A stretch of 64,000 nt of DNA, from positions 64,690 through 128,689 of the forward strand of contig MU626300.1 of assembly GCA_025603075.1 (NCBI GenBank), given 5' to 3'. Both the position numbers and the translations under genes were made by a program. The notes under the pieces were generated by a model. The model saw only the letters and a list, made by a program, of their open reading frames with translations. It was not told the DNA's origin and did not search any database. The DNA is from Neoconidiobolus thromboides FSU 785. Taxonomy: Eukaryota; Fungi; Entomophthoromycota. Below are positions 50,572 through 61,128 of the stretch, piece by piece (position 1 is the first letter of the stretch; the number at the start of each line of letters is the position of its first letter).

Positions 50572-50926
50572 AAAAAGACTAAAAAATAAAATACAACTTG
50601 ATTATTTGATTGTGATGTTTTGGACATGCTCCGAAAATTGCAAAAATTAAGCTTAAAAGTTGCAATTTCTGTAATTAAAGGATGCTAAATTAAAATTACA
50701 AATAGATGCTTAAAATAGCAAGTTAGATCCTAGCTAATTTAACAAAAAATATACCCACTTTAACTATCCATTTCAAAGCCAAATTAAAATATCAAGTATT
50801 TTATTAATTTTGTTACATTAATTATTTGATATAAAATTTAGCTAGTCTTAGATCTTTTCCTTAGATTTGAGTATTTCTCTATTTTTTAAACATTAAATAT
50901 TACTAAGATATATCATAATTGAACAA

Positions 50927-50998
50927 TTCTTCATGGTCCAGTGGTTAGGATTTTCCGCTTTCACCGGAACGGCCGGGGTTCGATTCCCCGTGAGGAAG
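50927..50998 (+). tRNA. tRNA-Glu (anticodon TTC), intronless
   Basis: Acceptor TTCTTCA/TGAGGAA, D stem GTCC/GGAT, anticodon stem TTCCG-CTTTCAC-CGGAA, T arm CGGGG-TTCGATT-CCCCG, downstream T tracts. Confidence 0.95.
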
Positions 50999-52521
50999 TA
51001 AAAATTTTCAATTGATTTCTTTTTTTACAAGATAATACCAATCTCTTTACATAATATTTTTTTAACTTTAATTTTGATATGATTAATATGGTTAATGTTT
51101 TGATTCATTAAATGGAAAATGTCACTAAAAATATGTTAGCTTATACTACTATTCAAAGTATCAAACAAAAACAATATTGTATGTTTATTTTAGCTATTTG
51201 GTGTTTTAATTTAAATTCCAATACCTCTGTATACCTACTTTATTAATAACTCTCTTACAATTCGTTGAAAAGCATTGAACACCACTGTTTATATCATTTT
51301 AAAAGTGGTAGTTCAATTCTATTATCTTCAATAGGTACATTTTTTATATATTGTGAATTCACTGAAGTGGAAAAATGTAATGATGTGGAATATTTACCTA
51401 ATTAATAGCTATATTTTTTATGGTTACTAGCAATTAGGCAACTATTCTATGACATCACACCCCATTCTATTGAATCCATCTATATGATATTAGATTGGTT
51501 TCTACATATTGGAAATTTTTCATGCACGCAAAATAATGGAAGTTACTGGTTGTAGCAGCAAATATCTTTGATCATTAAAGATAATATTTACTCCAATCTT
51601 AATATTTTACATTGTTACAATCATTGTTTGGATGCTTTTTTATTCTCATGGAAATTCTAGAAACCTAAAAACTAATTTAATATAATTGACAATTAGCGTT
51701 GACCCGAAAATTTACTAATTTGCTAATCTCCACAAGTTATTATAAAAGACAGAACGGCATAGTATTGATATCAGTTGTCTTTAAGGTTGTTTTGAGGGGT
51801 GCTAGTATGTCGGATAGTATTACCTTAAGCCTTATTTATATTAGAATCCCGAAAGTCAGTCATTATATAGTTATATTTTTTGCATTTTCATATCATTTGA
51901 ACATAAATTACCTTTTTTAAGTATTTTATTAACTTGCATAATTAAAGGGATTTCCAAACTAATAAATAAAGTTTATAGTTAATTTAAATGATTTCTGATT
52001 TACTTTGCAGTAGTTTTAATATTCAGATATCATTTAACTCTTAACTTAAACCCTAGTCTTTATGTTTCAACTTACTTTAAGCTAAATATTTACCCTCAAT
52101 AAAGAATTAAGTAAGCCGCAATTCACCTGAGCTATAGGTAAATATTAATTTAAATTAGTTTGCTTGAATTTGATATTTTATATCAAGATTATGCATTCAT
52201 GCTAATATAACTATACATAACTCGTAATGTATGAATTCTATATAAATTTATAGCTTATTATAGCTTATTTTATTAATCAATTGTTAATTACCTTTTTAGT
52301 TACTTTTTATAAATTTGCAAGGAATTAAAACAATATAAAACAGTTATGAATGAACCATATTGATGGTATAGTATAAACCGCTGGAAATTGTGCATACATT
52401 TTTAATATGCTATCTCCTAAAAACTACTTAACAAAGTTCTAACATGATTAAATTAATAGTACGATTTTATACTTTATTTGAAAAATGATTCATAAAAATA
52501 AGGTTAGAAAAAAAAATAGAA

Positions 52522-53052
52522 CTACAATAATAAATAACTCAAGCTCATCCTTGTCGTATGTTTGGCCGAAGAAGAATGTAAAGGAGAGATAGCATGATCT
52601 GTTGCATTAGAGTTTGTTTCAAAATTACTTTGTGATAGTAAGGAAGGAGAAGAATTCAAATTATTACTGTTGATTTCGGATGATAAACTTGAGTAAAGCT
52701 TTAAGAAATAAGATGGTTCAATAGTACTTATCCATTGAAGTCCAGTATTTATTGGTATTAGCTTTGTCTTTTTCTTATCTCTAGATCGTCGATTTTGAAA
52801 CCAAATTTGAAATTCTCTTGGATCCATTTGTAACTGCTGTGATATCTGTTTTCTAGCATCTTTACAAGGATATGGGTTAAGTTTATAGATTGATTCTAAT
52901 ACCTTACGTCTCTCTTCTCTCAAAATTTCTCTGATATTTGTTCTTTTGCTATTATTAATATCTTTACGATCCTTCTTTCTATTGCTATTACTATTAAGGA
53001 TGGATGAAAAACTACAAGCGTAAGCTTTATAACTTTTGGTTGATTGTATCAT
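52522..53052 (-). CDS. Homeodomain transcription factor B (~176 aa from ATG 53052)
   Basis: RKVLESIYKLNPYPCKDARKQISQQLQMDPREFQIWFQNRRSRDK. The ORF-track start at 53145 is a TTG; the first ATG is 53052. Confidence 0.88.
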   Translation of the reverse strand: MIQSTKSYKAYACSFSSILNSNSNRKKDRKDINNSKRTNIREILREERRKVLESIYKLNPYPCKDARKQISQQLQMDPREFQIWFQNRRSRDKKKTKLIPINTGLQWISTIEPSYFLKLYSSLSSEINSNNLNSSPSLLSQSNFETNSNATDHAISPLHSSSAKHTTRMSLSYLLL

Positions 53053-53938
53053 ATCCTGTGATGAATAAATAATAAAGATAATGTTTTTTTTAAAAGTGGA
53101 TCTTATTTTTGAACTTAATTTATATACTTTTCTTAAGAATCCCAATTAATAATAAATCATTTTATATCATAGTTTGCTTTTAGGTAACAAGGTGGTGGCA
53201 ACTAGAATTCTTATTTGGGCTAAAAATAGACAAAGATTCTATTACGTGGGAGTGTTTAATTTTACACTACTAGGTTATTGTTTTCAAAGTGAACAACTAT
53301 TTATTATCTTAAAATTTTGACTTTATTATTAATTCTTTTTATCTCTTGATTTGTAATTGCAAATAGTTATTTAATAATATTACTTTTATTTGAAGTTAAT
53401 ATTAAAGTAGGCTTTATAAAATTACATCTATTCATAACATATTTTAAAGTCCTTTGAGATCTTTAATAACGTAAATATTGTGTTATAAAATTGTTATCAT
53501 AAAGAAATAACTTTTATTTTATTTATTTTATTTTATTTTATCAATTTAATCTTAGTTTACTATTCGTGATATAAATGTTGAGCAATTTTAGATATTTATG
53601 CAGGTTCAATAATCGATGGGTGTTTAACCTTTTGACCAGTAAAGGTAATCTGTATTACATTCTTAATATAACAATTTAATATCAATATCAATGAGTTACC
53701 CAAATAAAGCGATTAACGAGTGACTACATGATAACAAAACTAATATTTAAAAAGTATGGGATAAAAAATTGTTTCATTTGGTTATATAAAAAAGCAATGA
53801 TTTAGTTTTTATAATTAGGTAAAGGAACTATTTTTGCTATACTTACAATAAATTAAGCTATTATTTAAAACATTTTAATATTTTATATTATCTCAATATT
53901 GTTTTTTTTATAAATTTTGAAAATAATATAGTTTATAT

Positions 53939-54037
53939 GAGTATGCTTTTTTTACCTTCATTACTTTCTCCATCTTTTAAACACTGTTTGAGCGGAAAAA
54001 TCATTAGCAAAATTCTTAAACATAAAAATACATCCCC
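53939..54037 (-). mobile_element. MITE family copy 17
   Basis: GAGTATGC..ACATCCCC ends, flanks ATAT/GTAT. Confidence 0.83.
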
Positions 54038-54626
54038 GTATTATAAATGATTGTGACTACTTTTTATTATCCAAACATGAGATTATGTGAAAATCAATTT
54101 TACTTATATATTAAGAATTGCATTAATATTTACTATTGTAAATAGAAAATTATATATAACAAGAAGAATAAAAAGCAATATAGTGAATATTATTTTTGAA
54201 TTATAAAACCAAAAGCTATTATATTATGACTTATATATTCCAAACTACATCTTTATCCGAATCATTTGAGCTAAAAAAACTATGATTCAACAATCATAAT
54301 TTTTAGAAAAATGTATTGCAAAAAATCGTTTAAGTTCAAATATGCGCTCTATTGCTAATAATTTTAATGCTTAATAATTTATGCTTTAGACATAACTATA
54401 ATATGAAATCCAGATTTAAATGTAAGATACGCTTAAATTTAAATTTTTGTAAATCAACTGCAGTTATTTCATATAAATAAATTAAAGTAGAATGTCGCTT
54501 ATTTTATAGTATTATGAGTTAATATATATATCCTGTTTAAACTGGAAGAGGTGATTTTATGATTAAAATTTTGTATTTAGTGTAATTAGTCTATAATTCC
54601 ACTTTTAGAGTAAAAAAATATGATTT

Positions 54627-54724
54627 AGAGACATATTTTTTTGTTTAAAAATTTTACTGACAACCTTTCTGCTCAAATAGCGCTTAAAAAAAGAAAAAAG
54701 TAATGAAACCAAAAAAAAATCCCC
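54627..54724 (+). mobile_element. MITE family copy 18
   Basis: AGAGACAT..AAATCCCC ends, flanks ATTT/AATT. Confidence 0.83.
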
Positions 54725-54732
54725 AATTACTA

Positions 54733-54768
54733 TATTAACATAGCTTACTTTATTAACATAGCTTACTT
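54733..54768. repeat. Perfect 18-bp tandem duplication TATTAACATAGCTTACTT x2
   Basis: Read directly; begins 8 bp after MITE copy 18. Confidence 0.8.
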
Positions 54769-55270
54769 TCGAGTTCACTGGGCTTTTTTTATTTGATACT
54801 GCCAATAAATTGTTTGCCTTTTCTTAATATAGAAAAAACAAATAAATAATACCAAAAAAGGCATCCCCATCCAACTATGTTTATGACTGCATATTTCATG
54901 ATATCGTCTCAAAACTTTTAATTATCTGTTTAGGAATCTAGATAAATGACATGTACTTAATATGTTTTTAATTTGAAGAAGCTATGCTAATGGCATAGAC
55001 TAACAAGGTTAAGATTTTGTTTTCAAAGATAACATCTAAGTAACAAAGGTTGTAAGCAAATTTTATCCAGTATAGATACATAATTTTAACAAAGTATTTT
55101 TATGTGAAAATAGCTTTTACTTTCATACATAATAAAATATTCTATTATAACCAATAATAGCCTTATTTCTGCTTAGAAATATTAGATTGCTTTAGAAAAT
55201 ATCTAATATTAAATACCCTGACGACTGGGTAGCTTAATTTTAACCATCCCCAAACTTTAATAAAGAATAT

Positions 55271-55369
55271 GGGAGTGTTTTTTTTGACTTCATTGTTTTT
55301 TCCACTTTTTAAGCGCTATTTAAGTAGAAAGATTATTAACAAAATTCTTAAACACAAAAATACATCCCC
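55271..55369 (-). mobile_element. MITE family copy 19
   Basis: GGGAGTGT..ACATCCCC ends, flanks ATAT/ATAT. Confidence 0.92.
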
Positions 55370-56197
55370 ATATGTAGCTTAAATCTCAAAAACTGTTTGG
55401 TTCAGATACTTTCCATTTATATTATTTTAATGACCTCTGGTATTAGTATTATTAAAACATGTTGATTTTAAAACTATTCTTTGGATATCAATATTAGCAG
55501 TATCCATATCTTTATTATACAATCAGTTATTCATACAAACCAGTTGTCTACTTATTTATAATAATCAAACCCATTATAGGCTTTTAGAATACATCAATAA
55601 GGGATTGAGTAAATACGGTATAAATTAACCGCCGAATTTATACACTAAATATTTATTACAAAGTTTAAAAGATTCCAATTAACTAGTAATTTTATTTATA
55701 AGCTGTTATTGAATTATATGGCAGGGCTCCCGATAATCTCAAGATCTTTAATAAATATTCTTATTTTTAACTGTGGCTGCCAATTTTTATATAGTTTATT
55801 CGGGTATTAAGGGAAAGTAAAGCTTTCATTATATTAATTAATCTTGGCTCTATGGTCTTAGAGGTTTATTGAGTTTGATCTACAATAAATATGTCATACA
55901 TTCAGATATAGAAAATTATAATGGTACTTTGATATAGTATTACTTTTTGTTTAAAATATCAATTATGTGTATTTTCTACTAAATAATAGGTGTAACCATA
56001 TTGAAAGAAATAACCAATTATTAAAGAAAGTCAGATAATAATGATTGTGTAATTAGCTAAGCGTAATTGAATAAAATTGTATATATTAGTGAATCAAACC
56101 AGAGGTTTTAGTTTGTGAGTCTAGATGAGACAAATAATCCATATGTAGTAATAGCTAAACGAAAATAATACATATTATTTATTACAGATAAATATAT

Positions 56198-56287
56198 GGG
56201 GATGTTTTTTTTTAAGAATTTTACTAACAATCTTTCCACTCAAATAGCGCTTAAAAAATGGAAAAAGTAATGAAATCAAAACAACCC
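56198..56287 (+). mobile_element. MITE family copy 20 (short deletions)
   Basis: GGGGATGT..ACAACCC ends, flanks ATAT/ATAT. Confidence 0.88.
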
Positions 56288-56944
56288 ATATAGTACAATT
56301 TTGTAAATTTCGTTGTAACCTAATGATTTAATGTTTTTTAGAATATTTGAAATTAAGGTTGATCGCCGGGCTATATGTATATTATTAATACCACCTTCGA
56401 AATCTATAGACAGTGCAGTTATTATTAAGGTCCCTAATGCCAAGGAAAGTTAATAACCATTATTTGACGGATACTTGGACTCAATGTGTGTGGAATTAGA
56501 TTAGATTAGGTTAACTACAATCTAAATTAAAATTATGTCATATAATTCTGTTGTTTTTACAAGGCTTATTCTCAGAAATTTAAAAAAACACCATAAATAT
56601 GATGTTATTTGCCCTTATTAATTACGTTTGTTAAAATCTATAGATTTAAGTTCTTGTGAGAGCCGGAGTCCTTAAATGATTATTTTATCAAACAAGGAAA
56701 ATTATTATAATGATGAAAGGGCCATAGAAGGAAAGTTACTTTATCTAAGTATTAATATGGTATTTTCAATAAATTACGTATATTTGATTTTTTTTTATCT
56801 TTAAACTTTACTAAAATAATTGACTATACAGCAACTGAGTTTTACTCAGAATTTCTACCAAATTGATTTTAAAAATCCTCGCTTTTTGCTAAAACCCTGA
56901 AAAGCTGATAGATCTCAAATATCTTTATTACTGGTAGTTAAAAA

Positions 56945-57730
56945 ATTATGAGAAAACAGATAGAAGTAGGAGGGTGCAGAAAAGTGCAGAAATTAGTCTA
57001 AGTTTTGGAGAGAGGTGCTAACAAAGAACGATCAACTTCTGGTATGAAAAAGGGGCAAGGTGCTGAGAAATACTCATATTGGTATAAAACAATCCAGACA
57101 TAAGAAAGATGCAAGTGTGAAGGGTTGAGGCAAACTCACATTTCTTCAAGGATTTGTATACAGTGGGACTGTTTTAGCTGAGATGGATTTTGACTAACTA
57201 TTCATATAGGGATAAAAACAGGTGTTTCAAATCAGTGTAATAATACAAACTATTACAAAGATTATCTTTACATAGTGCACATTTCAATCAAAATAGCCTT
57301 ACAAAAAAAACTTGAGTTCAAAGATCCACATAGAATTTGACTCTAAGAGTAAGTCTCTACAAATTAAAAAACCTGGTTTTGGCATAAAAAAAGAGCTTAA
57401 TGTTGGATTTCCAAAATAGGAATTCAGAGATAACTTTAATTCAAGAATGGAATTGAAAATTGCTCACTTTACAAAACTTAAGTAATAACCCTATTACAAA
57501 AAAGTCGTGCCCTATTAACTAAAGGTTGAAGATAATTGAAGGTAATAGAAGAAACAATAGAATTAAGTGGGGTTTGGGATCGCATTTTAAGTTGAAACTT
57601 AGATATTTGAAACATAATAGTTTTGATTACAATTGAAAGTTGGTTTTAAGGTTTTAAAAGGACAGAGAATGAGTTAATGGTCTTATTTAAAGACAAGTTA
57701 GAATCGCATCAAGCCTAATCCCATATTAAG
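56945..57730 (+). mobile_element. Heavily decayed Tc1/mariner transposase relic
   Basis: Ordered degenerate motifs: RN*SKFWREVL (57006), WDCFS*DGF*L (57164; single-base reversions give WGCFSWDGFGP), KTWF (57374), LMLDFQNRNSEITLIQEW (57397-57450; cf. LDWPxQSPDLNPIENLW). Many stops and frameshifts; no TIRs found. Confidence 0.5.
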
Positions 57731-58274
57731 GAAAGGCATTAAATTGACAAAATTAGGATTAAATGGAGCTTTAACTCAGATTAAGGAAAGCTATAAACTA
57801 AGAAAAAAACAGATTTAATTTAAGCCATTCTGTTCAATTTAGAGTTTTCAAGTTTGAATGGTACTAGTAAACGTTTTAATTTTTGGTTGATCCTAAAAGT
57901 ATTTTATAAAATACTTTGTCATATCATGAGTATATTTTTGCATAAACAAAGTTCAACAATTTAATTATGGTCTATTTCTTTAATTCTATAAAAGCAGTGA
58001 TTTTTTATATTACATATTATTAAATGTATATTACTATTTACTCACTTAAATAAACACATATTTGAAGGACAGTGATTGCGTTATTTATTACGTTGAAGCC
58101 TAAACGAGTTTTATAGCTAATATCATTAAATCATATTTTAGTTTTAGCCATTTTCTATAAAAAAGAGAAATTATCTGGATCATCAATAAGTGTTCAATCT
58201 ACTAAAGTATATATACTATTAAAAATCTAAGAAAATCAAAATCAAAATTGTACCTTTATTTTTATATTTCACTA

Positions 58275-59357
58275 ATGACTATCGAATCAACTTTATTTAA
58301 TAATCAAAGAGAGTTTATTTTAAAGAAGGCAACAACGAAACAGCGAATACAAATCTGGAAGAATTGCTATCAAACGTGGGGCTATGGGATGAATGAAAAG
58401 GACTATTTAAAATTAGAGAAAAAGATAAGTAATTCCTCATACAGTATAAAAAATTTAGAATATTATGTATTACAAACAGCACAATGCAATAACGAAATTA
58501 ATTTTTTAACACAATTAGAAACAATAAAACGACAAACTTATTATCATCACCCTATTCACGGATTTAAAGTCATTGATTTATTATATATTGCTTCAATTAT
58601 AACCCCAGAGCATTTAAGGGGTTTAGGTTACGCTAGTAAAGCGTTTGAGTTATTATTGCCTCAATTAACAAAAATGGGCTGTTTTGGTAGTATATTATAC
58701 TCGGATATTGGTAATTTCTATGAACGATATGGATATAAATTATATTCTCCTTATCAATTAGAAATAACATGTAGTGATAATAATAAATTGATAATACTAA
58801 ATAAGAATATTCATTTTTTAAATCAAACTCAAGTAATTAAATTATGTGAATGGGACAGCTTAAAGTTAGCTACGAATATTAAAAATATGAATAAATCTCA
58901 GTTACCTGAAGCTGGATTATTTGCTGTTGTACCGAGTATTGATAATTATATTGGGCATTGGGAGACTTGTAAATTACAAGCAAAGAATAAAAAGGTGCCA
59001 TTACCTCAATATTATGCTGCTATGCATCAGCCCACTACATCTACGGATAACATTCAATTTCTAATATGGACATACGATTTTCTTTTAAATCAATTAATCG
59101 TTTTAAGACATCGTTTAATTGATGATCATGCCTCTGATCTTTTATATCATGCTTTATATATAGCTAATCGATTTAATATGAATAAACTGGTTGCTTGGAA
59201 CCTCCCACTTGAGTTAATTAGAAACAGTTCGTTAATAAATGAAGCTACTTGGATTAAAAGGAAAGAAATTTCTCTGCCCTACGCTATATTTCCGGATTTG
59301 AATCAAAAAGACCATCAACCACATTGGTGTGAAGTTCAAAAGTATACTTGGTTTTAA
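58275..59357 (+). CDS. GNAT acetyltransferase, LYC1-like, paralog 3 (ATG 58275)
   Basis: IASIITPEHLRGLGYAS; SILYSDIGNFYERYGY; FLIWTYDF; VAWN; SLPY. Confidence 0.82.
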   Translation: MTIESTLFNNQREFILKKATTKQRIQIWKNCYQTWGYGMNEKDYLKLEKKISNSSYSIKNLEYYVLQTAQCNNEINFLTQLETIKRQTYYHHPIHGFKVIDLLYIASIITPEHLRGLGYASKAFELLLPQLTKMGCFGSILYSDIGNFYERYGYKLYSPYQLEITCSDNNKLIILNKNIHFLNQTQVIKLCEWDSLKLATNIKNMNKSQLPEAGLFAVVPSIDNYIGHWETCKLQAKNKKVPLPQYYAAMHQPTTSTDNIQFLIWTYDFLLNQLIVLRHRLIDDHASDLLYHALYIANRFNMNKLVAWNLPLELIRNSSLINEATWIKRKEISLPYAIFPDLNQKDHQPHWCEVQKYTWF

Positions 59358-59487
59358 TATTTATGTGTTTTTTTAAGTTTTTAGATGTTAAATAACAAAC
59401 TAATAAATGTGATAAAGGTTAAATAAAATAATATATGATTAAGTTTTAATAAGTTAATATAATTTTAATATATAAAATAAATAAGAT

Positions 59488-61128
59488 TTAAAAACCATGC
59501 ATTAAATCTAAAGTAGAGATATCGTTATTATCAAAAGTAAAGCCTAAATTTTTAGCTAATTCCTGATTTAAATAATTTTCATTATCAAATAAATTTAAAT
59601 TCCAGTTCTGAAATTGATGATTATCATTATCATTGATTTGAGCTAATTCAGGTGTAAATGAGGAACCTTCAGTTTCAGAACCAGAGTTATTATTATGACC
59701 ATTGTTATTCTGAATATTCATATTCTGTCCATTGCTTTGTGTATTGTTATTTAAATTAGTAATGATTTCTCCTTTACTATTTAAATGCTCAGGGTGATGT
59801 AAAGCTAAATGTTGAGCTAATTGATCCTTACGATTAAAAGTCCTTGGACATTTCTCATGTGGACATGGATTTGGATGTTCATGAGTTTTATGATGTCTTC
59901 TTAATTGATCACTTCTTTTAAAGGCCCTACCGCAGTATTCTACTTGACAAACATGGGGTCTTTCATTTGGATCAATAATTGTATTCATTTTATTTAACTT
60001 TGGTGGCATTGGGTATGGGCTTAAATCTTTCATCATATTATGACGAAGCATACTTGGTTTGTTTCCCATAGTTAAAAAAGGTTCAGGATTGAAGCCCATA
60101 AAGGGGTGTTGGGCTATTGGACTATCAAAAGGTAAGTTGGTAAATGAATTACGATTCAAGTCCATACTTGGAGACATCATATCAATTGTATTTAATTCAT
60201 CGGATAGGGAAGGTGATTGAAATAAATTATTACAAAATAATTGTTGTGGTGAATAATTCATAAAGGAGCGAGTTAATAATGGATTATCAAAAGGTAACAT
60301 GTATGACTGTGGTGGAGTAAATGGATTCATTTCCCATGGATAAGACATAAATGCTAAGCCACTTTGTTCTATTAATTGACGTTGTTGTTGTAATATATTG
60401 TTGTTGTTTCCTGGATTTAAGGAAGCATTGTCATAAATTAAATGTTGATCAACTCTCTTTGGTATACCTGAATGAGCTAACGGATGTCTCTTGCTTTTAG
60501 TACTACTATTGTTATTATTAGCACTATCTAGATTTTCCATTTCTTCTTCTTCTTCTTCTTCGTCATTAATATTACTGTTAGTATTAACATCTTCGGTAGT
60601 AGGTTCAGTACCCATACTTTCTCTTTTTAAATCTCTTTCTAAAGCATCAATAAATAGTCTATCATGAGGGACAGAATACCAAAAGAATACTTTTTGTTTC
60701 TTTTGAGTTCTAATACAATTACTTCTATATAACATTTCTAAAAATTCACTTCTAGGTTCTTCTAAAATAGCATCAATACCAGGTTTTAAGTTTCTTAAAT
60801 CACTAAAGATTCCTTCTTCAAATTTTTTAAAGTTTTTTACTGGTCTTCCATAACATTCAAAACGATAAACCAAACTACGTACAATATCGGTACCTGTCAT
60901 AAAAAATAGTGAATTCCATAAGATACAACTGATAGCTTCACCGTTATTCAATGGAAATCTTAAAATTGGATTTTCAATATCCCATTTACTTGGTGCATTT
61001 AAAAAGAAATCTTTTAAATTTTCGACTTTGGTCATATTATCCTCTTTATTAATATTTTCTTCGACTTGTTCTTCTTTAATTGTATGTGCTTCTTCATTTT
61101 CATTGTATAAGTTTAAAAAGTAGTTCAT
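59488..61128 (-). CDS. STE12: Ste12/SteA-like transcription factor (STE domain + two C2H2 fingers), intronless
   Basis: STE domain ISCILWN..FMTGTDIVR..KKFEEGIFSDLRNLKPG..CIRTQKKQKVFFWYSVPHDRLF.DALERDLKRE; C2H2 fingers CQVEYC..HHKTH and CPHEKC..HLALH. Confidence 0.95.
   Translation of the reverse strand: MNYFLNLYNENEEAHTIKEEQVEENINKEDNMTKVENLKDFFLNAPSKWDIENPILRFPLNNGEAISCILWNSLFFMTGTDIVRSLVYRFECYGRPVKNFKKFEEGIFSDLRNLKPGIDAILEEPRSEFLEMLYRSNCIRTQKKQKVFFWYSVPHDRLFIDALERDLKRESMGTEPTTEDVNTNSNINDEEEEEEEMENLDSANNNNSSTKSKRHPLAHSGIPKRVDQHLIYDNASLNPGNNNNILQQQRQLIEQSGLAFMSYPWEMNPFTPPQSYMLPFDNPLLTRSFMNYSPQQLFCNNLFQSPSLSDELNTIDMMSPSMDLNRNSFTNLPFDSPIAQHPFMGFNPEPFLTMGNKPSMLRHNMMKDLSPYPMPPKLNKMNTIIDPNERPHVCQVEYCGRAFKRSDQLRRHHKTHEHPNPCPHEKCPRTFNRKDQLAQHLALHHPEHLNSKGEIITNLNNNTQSNGQNMNIQNNNGHNNNSGSETEGSSFTPELAQINDNDNHQFQNWNLNLFDNENYLNQELAKNLGFTFDNNDISTLDLMHGF

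Noticed and set aside
51180-51920. Hydrophobic fragments (IFTPILIFYIVTIIVW) and ORF 51699-51920 as a GPCR-like remnant
   Set aside because: Hydrophobic translations are expected from T-rich DNA; there is no ATG start or coherent exon chain.
3496-54805. Short ORF-track entries 3496-3705, 4271-4537, 14172-14354, 48173-48358 and 54605-54805 sharing peptides such as SLLFSSFKRYLSGKIVSKILKHKN
   Set aside because: They are chance translations through MITE copies, not a protein family.
3665-56287. Repeated ~100-bp unit as a CRISPR array, tRNA-derived SINE or ncRNA family
   Set aside because: Copies are dispersed in both orientations with TIRs and TSDs; there is no repeat-spacer periodicity, Pol III boxes or poly-A tail.
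18689-61128. Two homeobox genes plus STE12 as a mating-type locus
   Set aside because: The homeobox genes are 33 kb apart, co-oriented and both of ordinary WFQNRR type (no HD1/HD2 divergent pair). No HMG, pheromone or receptor genes are present.
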